A DNA stretch of 64,000 nucleotides from Eledone cirrhosa (taxonomy: Eukaryota): NCBI GenBank assembly GCA_964016885.1, contig OZ024741.1, forward strand, positions 415,896,001-415,960,000, given 5' to 3'. This document shows positions 47,296 to 59,100 of this stretch, one piece after another (positions within the stretch are counted from its first letter, which is position 1; every line of letters starts with the position of its first letter). Made by a program: the position numbers and the translations under genes. The notes below the pieces were generated by a model. That model was not told the DNA's origin. It ran no database searches and saw only the letters and a program-made list of their open reading frames with translations.

Positions 47296-47629
47296 CTGGG
47301 GTATGTTATATTAACTGAGGTCTCTGTTATATTAACTGGGGTCTGTTATTAACTGGGGCCTCTATTATATTAACTGAGGTCTCTGTTATATTAACTGGGG
47401 TCTGTTATTAACTGGGGCCTCTATTATATTAACTGAGGTCTCTGTTATATTAACTGGGGTCTGTTATTAACTGGGGTCTCTATTATATTAACTGGGGTCT
47501 CTGTTATATTAACTGGGGTCTCTGTTATATTAACTGGGGTCTGTTATATTAACAGGGGTCTCTGTTATATTAACTGGTGTCTCTTTTATATTAACTGGGG
47601 TCTGTTATCTTAACTGAGGTCTCTGTTAT

Positions 47630-50600
47630 ATTAACTGGGCTCTGTTATATTAACTGGTGTCTCTGTTATATTAACTGAGGTCTGTTATCTTAACTGGGGT
47701 CTCTGTTATATTAACTGGGTTCTCTGTTATATTAACTGGGGTCTGTTATTAACTGGGGCCTCTATTATATTAACTGAGGTCTCTGTTATATTAACTGGAG
47801 TCTCTGTTATATTAACTGGGTCTCTGTTATATTAAATGGCGTCTGTTATATTAACTGGGGTCTCTGTTATATTAACTGGGGTCTCTGTTATATTAACTGA
47901 GGTCTCTGTTATATTAACTGGGGTCTCTGTTATATTAACTGGGGCCTCTATTATATTAACTGGGGTCTCTGTTATATTAAATGGGGCCTCTATTATATTA
48001 ACTGGGGCCTCTGTTATATTAACTGGGGTCTCTGTTATATTAACTGGGGTCTCTGTTATATTAAATAGGGCCTCTGTTATATTAACTGGGGTCTCTGTTA
48101 TATTAACTGGGTTCAGTTATATTAACTGGGGCCTCTGTTATATTAACTGGGGCCTCTGTTATATTAACTGGGGTCTCTGTTATATTAACTGGGGTCTCTG
48201 TCATATTAACTGGGTATGTTATATTAACTGGGGCCTCTGTTATATTAACTGGAGCCTCTATTATAGTAACTGGGGCCTCTGTTATATTAACTGGGGTCTC
48301 TGTTATATTAACTGGGGTCTCTGTTATATTAACTGGGGTCTCTATTATATTAACTGGGGTCTCTGTTATATTAACAGGGGTCTCTGTTATATTAACAGGG
48401 GTGTCTGTTATATTAACTGGGGTCTCTGTTATATTAACTGGGGTCTGTTATATTAACTGGGGTCTCTGTTATATTAACTGGGGTCTCTGTTATATTAACT
48501 GGGGTATGTTATATTAACTGGGGTCTCTGTTATATTAACTGGGGTCTCTGTTATATTAACTGGGGTATCGTATATTAACTGGGGTCTCTGTTATATTAAC
48601 TGGGGCCTCTATTATATTAGCTGGGGCCACTGTTATATTAACTGGGGTCTCTGTTATAATAACTGGGTTCAGTTATATTAACTGGGGTCTCTGTTATATT
48701 AACTGAGGTCTCTGTAATATTAACTGTGGCCTCTATTATATTAACTGGGGTCTCTGTTATATTAACTGGGGTCTCTGTTATATTAAATGGCGTCTGTTAT
48801 ATTAACTGGGGTCTCTGTTATATTAACTGAGGTCTCTGTTATATTAACTGGGGCCTCTGTTATATTAACTGGGGTCTGTTATTCACTGGGGCCTCTATTA
48901 TATTAACTGAGGTCTCTGTTATAATAACTGGGGTCTGTTATTAACTGGGGCCTCTATTATATTAACTGAGGTCTCTTTTATATTAACTGGGGTCTGTTAT
49001 TAACTGGGGCCTCTATTATATTAACTGAGGTCTCTGTTATATTAACTGGGGTCTGTTATTAACTGGGGCCTCTATTATATTAACTGGGGTCTCTGTTATA
49101 TTAACTGGGGTCTCTGTTATATTAACTGGGGTCTGTTATATTAACTGGTGTCTCTGTTATATTAAGTGGGGACTCTTTTATATTAACTGGGGTCTGTTAT
49201 CTTAACTGAGGTCTCTGTTATATTAACTGGGCTCTGTTATATTAACTGGGGTCTCTGTTATATTAACTGAGGTCTGTTATCTTAACTGGGGTCTCTGTTA
49301 TATTAACTGGGTTCTCTGTTATATTTTACTGGGGTCTGTTATTAACTGGCGCCTCTATTATATTAACTGAGGTCTCTGTTATATTAACTGGAGTCTCTGT
49401 TATATTAACTGGGTCTCTGTAATATTAAATGGCGTCTGTTATATTAACTGGGGTCTCTGTTGTATTAACTGGGGTCTCTGTTATATTAACTGGGGCCTCT
49501 GTTATATTAACTGGGGTCTCTGTTATATTAACTGGGGCCTATATTATATTAACTGGGCTCTGTTATATTAACTGGAGTCTCTGTTATATTAACTGGGTCT
49601 CTGTAATATTAAATGGCGTCTGTTATATTAACTGGGGTCTCTGTTATATTAACTGGGGTCTCTGTTATATTAACTGGGGCCTCTGTTATATTAACTGGGG
49701 TCTCTGTTATATTAACTGAGGTCTCTGTTATATTAACTGGGCTCTGTTATATTAACTGGTGTCTCTGTTATATTAACTGAGGTCTGTTATCTTAACTGGG
49801 GTCTCTGTTATATTAACTGGGTTCTCTGTTATATTAACTGGGGTCTGTTATTAACTGGGGCCTCTATTATATTAACTGAGGTCTCTGTTATATTAACTGG
49901 AGTCTCTGTTATATTAACTGGGTCTCTGTTATATTAAATGGCGTCTGTTATATTAACTGGGGTCTCTGTTATATTAACTGGGGTCTCTGTTATATTAACT
50001 GAGGTCTCTGTTATATTAACTGGGGTCTCTGTTATATTAAATGGGGCCTCTATTATATTAACTGGGGCCTCTGTTATATTAACTGGGGTCTCTGTTATAT
50101 TAACTGGGGTCTCTGTTATATTAAATAGGGCCTCTGTTATATTAACTGGGGTCTCTGTTATATTAACTGGGGCCTCTGTTATATTAACTGGGGTCTCTGT
50201 TATATTAACTGGGGTCTCTGTCATGTTAACTGGGTATGTTATATTAACTGGGGCCTCTGTTATATTAACTGGAGCCTCTATTATAGTAACTGGGGCCTCT
50301 GTTATATTAACTGGGGTCTCTGTTATATTAACTGGGGTCTCTGTTATATTAACTGGGGTCTCTATTATATTAACTGGGGTCTCTGTTATATTAACAGGGG
50401 TCTCTGTTATATTAACAGGGGTGTCTGTTATATTAACTGGGGTCTCTGTTATATTAACTGGGGTCTGTTATATTAACTGGGGTCTCTGTTATATTAACTG
50501 GGGTATCTGTTATATTAACTGGGGTATGTTATATTAACTGGGGTCTCTGTTATATTAACTGGGGTCTCTGTTATATTAACTGGGGTATCGTATATTAACT

Positions 50601-51570
50601 GGGGTCTCTGTTATATTAACTGGGGCCTCTATTATATTAGCTGGGGCCACTGTTATATTAACTGGGGTCTCTGTTATAATAACTGGGTTCAGTTATATTA
50701 ACTGGGGTCTCTGTTATATTAACTGAGGTCTCTGTAATATTAACTGTGGCCTCTATTATATTAACTGGGGTCTCTGTTATATTAACTGGGGTCTCTGTTA
50801 TATTAAATGGCGTCTGTTATATTAACTGGGGTCTCTGTTATATTAACTGAGGTCTCTGTTATATTAACTGGGGCCTCTGTTATATTAACTGGGGTCTGTT
50901 ATTCACTGGGGCCTCTATTATATTAACTGAGGTCTCTGTTATAATAACTGGGGTCTGTTATTAACTGGGGCCTCTATTATATTAACTGAGGTCTCTTTTA
51001 TATTAACTGGGGTCTGTTATTAACTGGGGCCTCTATTATATTAACTGAGGTCTCTGTTATATTAACTGGGGTCTGTTATTAACTGGGGCCTCTATTATAT
51101 TAACTGGGGTCTCTGTTATATTAACTGGGGTCTCTGTTATATTAACTGGGGTCTGTTATATTAACTGGGGTCTTTGTTATATTAAGTAGGGACTCTTTTA
51201 TATTAACTGGGGTCTGTTATCTTAACTGAGGTCTCTGTTATATTAACTGGGCTCTGTTATATTAACTGGGGTCTCTGTTATATTAACTGAGGTCTGTTAT
51301 CTTAACTGGGGTCTCTGTTATATTAACTGGGTTCTCTGTTATATTTTACTGGGGTCTGTTATTAACTGGCGCCTCTATTATATTAACTGAGGTCTCTGTT
51401 ATATTAACTGGAGTCTCTGTTATATTAACTGGGTCTCTGTAATATTAAATGGCGTCTGTTATATTAACTGGGGTCTCTGTTATATTAACTGGGGTCTCTG
51501 TTATATTAACTGGGGCCTCTGTTATATTAACTGGGGTCTCTGTTATATTAACTGGGGCCTATATTATATT
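47630..51570. repeat. ~2.0-2.1-kb tandem duplication (A unit plus start of B unit)
   Basis: The private ATTCACTGGG occurs at 48881/50901 and landmarks at 49429/51449 (offset 2020). Landmarks 47836/49938 are offset by 2102. Confidence 0.8.
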
Positions 51571-54500
51571 AACTGGGGTCGCTGTTATATTAATTGGGGT
51601 CTCTGTTATATTAACTGGGGTCTCTGTTATATTAAATGGGGCCTCTATTATATTAACTGGGGCCTCTGTTATATTAACTGGGGTCTCTGTTATATTAACT
51701 GGGGTCTCTGTTATATTAACTAGGGCCTCTATTATATTAACTGAGGCCTCTGTTATATTAACTGGGGTCTCTGTTATATTAACTGGGTTCAGTTATATTA
51801 ACTGGGGCCTCTGTTATATTAACTGGGGCCTCTGTTATATTAACTAGGGTCTCTGTAATATTAACTGGGGTCTCTGTCATGTTAACTGGGGTATGTTATA
51901 TTAACTGGGACCTCTGTTATATTAACTGGGGCCTCTATTATAGTAACTGGGGCCTCTGTTATATTAACTGGGGTCTCTGTTATATTAACTGGGTTCAGTT
52001 ATATTAACTGGGGCCTCTGTTATATTAACTGGGGCCTCTATTATAGTAACTGGGGCCTCTGTTATATTAACTGGGGTCTCTGTTATATTAACTGGGGTCT
52101 CTGTTATATTAACTGGGGTCTCTATTATATTAACTGTGGTCTCTGTTATATTAACAGGGGTCTCTGTTATATTAACTGGGGTCTCTGTTATATTAACTGG
52201 GGTCTCTGTTATATTAACTGGGGTCTGTTATATTAACTGGGGTCTCTGTTATATTAACTGGGGTCTCTGTTATATTAACTGGGGTATCGTATATTAACTG
52301 GGGTCTCTGTTATATTAACTGGGGCCTCTATTATATTAGCTGGGGCCTCTGTTATATTAACTGGGGTCTCTGTTATATTAACTGGGTTCAGTTATATTAA
52401 CTGGGGTCTCTGTTATATTAACTGAGGTCTCTGTAATATTAACTGGGGCCTCTATTATATTAACTGGGGTCTCTGTTATATTAACTGGGGTCTCTGTTAT
52501 ATTAACTGGGTCTCTGTTATATTAAATGGCATCTGTTATATTAACTGGGGTCTCTGTTATGTTAACTGAGGTCTCTGTTATATTAACTGGGGCCTCTGTT
52601 ATATTAACTGGGTCTGTTATTAACTGGGGCCTCTATTATATTAACTGAGGTCTCTGTTATAATAACTGGGGTCTGTTATTAACTGGGGCCTCTATTATAT
52701 TAACTGACGTCTCTGTTATATTAACTGGGGTCTGTTATTAACTGGGGCCTCTATTATATTAACTGAGGTATCTGTTATATTAACCGGGGTCTGTTATTAA
52801 CTGGGGCCTCTATTATATCAACTGGGGTCTCTGTTATATTAACTGGGGTCTCTGTTATAGTAACTGGGGTCTGTTATATTAACTGGGGTCTCTGTTATAT
52901 TAACTGGGGTCTCTGTTATATTAACTGGGGTCTGTTATCTTAACTGAGGTCTCTGTTACATTAACTGGGCTCTGTTATATTAACTGGGGTCTCTGTTATA
53001 TTAACTGAGGTCTGTTATCTTAACTGGGGTCTCTGTTATATTAACTGGGTTCTCTGTTATATTAACTGGGGTCTGTTATTAACTGGGGCCTCTATTATAT
53101 TAACTGAGGTCTCTGTTATATTAACTGGGTCTCTGTTATATTAAATGGCGTCTGTTATATTAACTGGGGTCTCTGTTATATTAACTGGGGTCTCTGTTAT
53201 ATTAACTGGGGGCCTCTGTTATAATAACTGAGGTCTCTGTTATATTAACTGGGGTCTCTGTTATATTAACTGGGGCCTCTATTATATTAACTGGGGTCGC
53301 TGTTATATTAACTGGGGTCTCTGTTATATTAACTGGGGTGTCTGTTATATTAACTAGGGCCTCTATTATATTAACTGGGGCCTCTGTTATATTAACTGGG
53401 GTCTCTGTTATATTAACTGGGTTCAGTTATATTAACTGGGGCCTCTGTTATATTAACTGGGGCCTCTGTTATATTAACTGGGGTCTCTGTTATATTAACT
53501 GGGGTCTCTGTTATATTAACTGGGGTCTCTATTATATTAACTGGGGTCTGTTATTAACTGGCGCCTCTATTATATTAACTGAGGTCTGTTATCTTAACTG
53601 GGGTCTCTGTTATATTAACTGCGTTCTCTGTTATATTTTACTGGGGTCTGTTATTAACTGGCGCCTCTATTATATTAACTGAGGTCTCTGTTATATTAAC
53701 TGGAGTCTCTGTTATATTAACTGGGGTCTCTGTTATATTAACTGGGGTCTCTGTTATATTAACTGGGGCCTCTGTTATATTAACTGGGGTCTCTGTTATA
53801 TTAACTGGGGCCTATATTATATTAACTGGGGTCGCTGTTATATTAATTGGGGTCTCTGTTATATTAACTGGGGTCTCTGTTATATTAAATGGGGTCTCTG
53901 TTATATTAACTGGGGTCTCTGTTATATTAACTAGGGCCTCTATTATATTAACTGAGGCCTCTGTTATATTAACTGGGGTCTCTGTTATATTAACTGGGTT
54001 CAGTTATATTAACTGGGGCCTCTGTTATATTAACTGGGGCCTCTGTTATATTAACTGGGGTCTCTGTAATATTAACTGGGGTCTCTGTCATGTTAACTGG
54101 GGTATGTTATATTAACTGGGACCTCTGTTATATTAACTGGGGCCTCTATTATAGTAACTGGGGCCTCTGTCATATTAACTGGGGTCTCTGTTATATTAAC
54201 TGGGTTCAGTTATATTAACTGGGGCCTCTGTTATATTAACTGGGGCCTCTATTATAGTAACTGGGGCCTCTGTTATATTAACTGGGGTCTCTGTTATATT
54301 AACTGGGGTCTCTGTTATATTAACTGGGGTCTCTATTATATTAACTGTGGTCTCTGTTATATTAACAGGGGTCTCTGTTATATTAACTGGGGTCTCTGTT
54401 ATATTAACTGGGGTCTCTGTTATATTAACTGGGGTCTGTTATATTAACTGGTGTCTCTGTTATATTAACTGGGGTCTCTGTTATATTAACTGGGGTATCG

Positions 54501-55789
54501 TATATTAACTGGGGTCTCTGTTATATTAACTGGGGCCTCTATTATATTAGCTGGGGCCTCTGTTATATTAACTGGGGTCTCTGTTATATTAACTGGGTTC
54601 AGTTATATTAACTGGGGTCTCTGTTATATTAACTGAGGTCTCTGTAATATTAACTGGGGGCTCTATTATATTAACTGGGGTCTCTGTTATATTAACTGGG
54701 GTCTCTGTTATATTAACTGGGTCTCTGTTATATTAAATGGCATCTGTTATATTAACTGGGGTCTCTGTTATGTTAACTGAGGTCTCTGTTATATTAACTG
54801 GGGCCTCTGTTATATTAACTGGGTCTGTTATTAACTGGGGCCTCTATTATATTAACTGAGGTCTCTGTTATAATAACTGGGGTCTGTTATTAACTGGGGC
54901 CTCTATTATATTAACTGACGTCTCTGTTATATTAACTGGGGTCTGTTATTAACTGGGGCCTCTATTATATTAACTGAGGTATCTGTTATATTAACTGGGG
55001 TCTGTTATTAACTGGGGCCTCTATTATATCAACTGGGGTCTCTGTTATATTAACTGGGGTCTCTGTTATATTAACTGGGGTCTGTTATATTAACTGGGGT
55101 CTCTGTTATATTAACTGGGGTCTCTGTTATATTAACTGAGGTCTGTTATATTAACTGGGGTCTCTGTTATATTAACTGGGTTCTCTGTTATATAAACTGG
55201 GGTCTGTTATTAACTGGGGCCTCTATTATATTAACTGAGGTCTCTGTTATATTAACTGGGTCTCTGTTATATTAAATGGCGTCTGTTATATTAACTGGGG
55301 TCTCTGTTATATTAACTGGGGTCTCTGTTATATTAACTGGGGCCTCTGTTATAATTACTGAGGTCTCTGTTATATTAACTGGGGTCTCTGTTATATTAAC
55401 TGGGGCCTCTATTATATTAACTGGGGTCGCTGTTATATTAACTGGGGTCTCTGTTATATTAACTGGGGTCTCTGTTATATTAACTAGGGCCTCTATTATA
55501 TTAACTGGGGCCTCTGTTATAATAACTGGGGTCTCTGTTATATTAACTGGGTTCAGTTATATTAACTGGGGCCTCTGTTATATTAACTGGGGCCTCTGTT
55601 ATATTAACTGGGGTCTCTGTCTTGTTAACTGGGGTATGTTATATTAACTGGGACCTCTGTTATATTAACTGGGGCCTCTATTATAGTAACTGGGCCTCTG
55701 TTATATTAACTGGGGTCTCTGTTATATTAACTGGGGTCTCTGTTATATTAACTGGGGTCTCTATTATATTAACTGGGGTCTCTGTTATA

Positions 55790-56190
55790 TTAACTGGGGT
55801 ATGTTATATTAACTGGGGTCTCTGTTATATTAACTGGGTCCTCTTTTATATTAACTGGGGCCTCTATTATATTAACTGGGGTATGTTATATTAACTGGGG
55901 CCTCTGTTATATTAACTGGGGCCTCTGTTATATTAACTGAGGTCTCTGTTATATTAACTGGGGTCTCTATTATATTAACTGGGGCCTCTGTTATATTAAC
56001 TGGGGTATGTTATATTAACTGGGGTCTCTGTTATATTAACTGGGTCCTCTTTTATATTAACTGGGGCCTCTATTATATTAACTGGGGTATGTTATATTAA
56101 CTGGGGCCTCTGTTATATTAACTGGGGCCTCTGTTATATTAACTGAGGTCTCTGTTATATTAACTGGGGTCTCTATTATATTAACTGGGG
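55790..56190. repeat. 206-bp (10-monomer) local tandem duplication
   Basis: The rare variant GGGTCCTCTTTT occurs at 55836 and 56042 with the same following monomer order. Confidence 0.8.
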
Positions 56191-59100
56191 CCTCTATTAT
56201 ATTAACTGGGGTCGCTGTTATATTAACTGGGGTCTCTGTTATATTAACTGGGGTCTCTGTTATATCAACTGGGGCCTCTATTATATTTACTGGGGCCTCT
56301 GTTATATTAACTGGGGTCTCTGTTATATTAACTGGCTTCTTTTATATTAACTGGGGCCTCTGTTATATTAACTGGGGCCTCTGTTATATTAACTGGGGCC
56401 TCTGTTATATTAACTGGGGCCTCTATTATATTAACTGAGGTCTCTGTTATATTAACTGGGGTCTGTTATTAACTGGGGCCTCTATTATATTAACTGAGGT
56501 CTCTGTTATATTAACTGGAGTCTCTGTTATATTAACTGGGTCTCTGTTATATTAAATGGCGTCTGTTATTAACTGGGGCCTCTATTATATTAACTGGGGT
56601 CTCTGTTATATTAACTGGGGTCTCTGTTATATTAACTGAGGTCTGTTATCTTAACTGGGGTCTCTGTTATATTAACTGGGTTCTCTGTTATATTAACTGG
56701 GGTCTGTTATTAACTGGGGCCTCTATTATATTAACTGAGGTCTCTGTTATATTAACTGGAGTCTCTGTTATATTAACTGGGTCTCTGTTATATTAAATGG
56801 CGTCTGTTATATTAACTGGGGTCTCTGTTATATTAACTGGGGTCTCTGTTATATTAACTGGGGTCTCTGTTATATTAACTGGGGTCTCTGTTATATTAAC
56901 TGGGGCCTCTATTATATTAACTGGGGTCGCTGTTATATTAAATGGGGTCTCTGTTATATTAACTGGGGTCTCTGTTATATTAACTGGGGTCTCTGTTATA
57001 TTAACTGGGGTCTCTGTTATATTAACTGGGGTCTCTGTTATATTAACTTGGGCCTCTATTATATTAACTGGGGTCGCTGTTATATTAAATGGGGTCTCTG
57101 TTATATTAACTGGGGTCTCTGTTATATTAACTGGGGCCTCTATTATATTAGCTGGGGCCACTGTTATATTAACTGGGGTCTCTGTTATAATAACTGGGTT
57201 CAGTTATATTAACTGGGGTCTCTGTTATATTAACTGAGGTCTCTGTAATATTAACTGTGGCCTCTATTATATTAACTGGTGTCTCTGTTATATTAACTGG
57301 GGTCTCTGTTATATTAAATGGCGTCTGTTATATTAACTGGGGTCTCTGTTATATTAACTGAGGTCTCTGTTATATTAACTGGGGCCTCTGTTATATTAAC
57401 TGGGGTCTGTTATTAACTGGGGCCTCTATTATATTAACTGAGGTCTCTTTTATATTAACTGGGGTCTGTTATTAACTGGGGCCTCTATTATATTAATTGA
57501 GGTCTCTGTTATATTAACTGGGGTCTGTTATTAACTGGGGCCTCTATTATATTAACTGGGGTCTCTGTTATATTAACTGGGGTCTCTGTTATATTAACTG
57601 GGGTCTGTTATATTAACTGGGGTCTCTGTTATATTAAGTGGGTTTTTTTTTATATTAACTGGGGTCTGTTATCTTAACTGAGGTCTCTGTTATATTAACT
57701 GGGCTCTGTTATATTAACTGGGGTCTCTGTTATATTAACTGAGGTCTGTTATCCTAACTGGGGTCTCTGTTATATTAACTGGGTTCTCTGTTATATTTTA
57801 CTGGGGTCTGTTATTAACTGGCGCCTCTATTATATTAACTGAGGTCTCTGTTATATTAACTGGAGTCTCTGTTATATTAACTGGGTCTCTGTTATATTAA
57901 ATGGCGTCTGTTATATTAACTGGGGTCTCTGTTATATTAACTGGGGTCTCTGTTATATTAACTGGGGCCTCTGTTATATTAACTGGGGTCTCTGTTATAT
58001 TAACTGGGGTCGCTGTTATATTAATTGGGGTCTCTGTTATATTAACTGGGGTCTCTGTTATATTAAATGGGGCCTCTATTATATTAACTGGGGCCTCTGT
58101 TATATTAACTGGGGTCTCTGTTATATTAACTGGGGTCTCTGTTATATTAACTAGGGCCTCTATTATATTAACTGAGGCCTCTGTTATATTAACTGGGGTC
58201 TCTGTTATATTAACTGGGTTCAGTTATATTAACTGGGGCCTCTGTTTTATTAACTGGGGCCTCTGTTATATTAACTGGGGTCTCTGTAATATTAACTGGG
58301 GTCTCTGTCATGTTAACTGGGGTATGTTATATTAACTGGCACCTCTGTTATATTAACTGGGGCCTCTATTATAGTAACTGGGGCCTCTGTTATATTAACT
58401 GGGGTCTCTGTTATATTAACTGGGTTCAGTTATATTAACTGGGGCTTCTGTTATATTAACTGGGGCCTCTATTATAGTAACTGGGGCCTCTGTTATATTA
58501 ACAGGGGCCTCTGTTATATTAACTGGGGTCTCTGTTATATTAACTGGGGTCTCTGTTATATTAACTGGGGTCTCTATTATATTAACTGTGGTCTCTGTTA
58601 TATTAACAGGGGTCTCTGTTATATTAACTGGGGTCTCTGTTATATTAACTGGGGTCTCTGTTATATTAACTGGGGTCTCTGTTATATTAACTGGGGTCTC
58701 TGTTATATTAACTGGGGTCTCTGTTATATTAACTGGGGTATCGTATATTAACTGGGGTCTCTGTTATATTAACTGGGGCCTCTATTATATTAGCTGGGGC
58801 CTCTGTTATATTAACTGGGGTCTCTGTTATATTAACTGGGTTCAGTTATATTAACTGGGGTCTCTGTTATATTAACTGACGTCTCTGTAATATTAACTGG
58901 GGCCTCTATTATATTAACTGGGGTCTCTGTTATATTAACTGGGGTCTCTGTTATATTAACTGGGTCTCTGTTATATTAAATGGCATCTGTTATATTAACT
59001 GGGGTCTCTGTTATATTAACTGAGGTCTCTGTTATATTAACTGGGGCTTCTGTTATATTAACTGGGTCTGTTATTAACTGGGGCCTCTATTATATTAACT

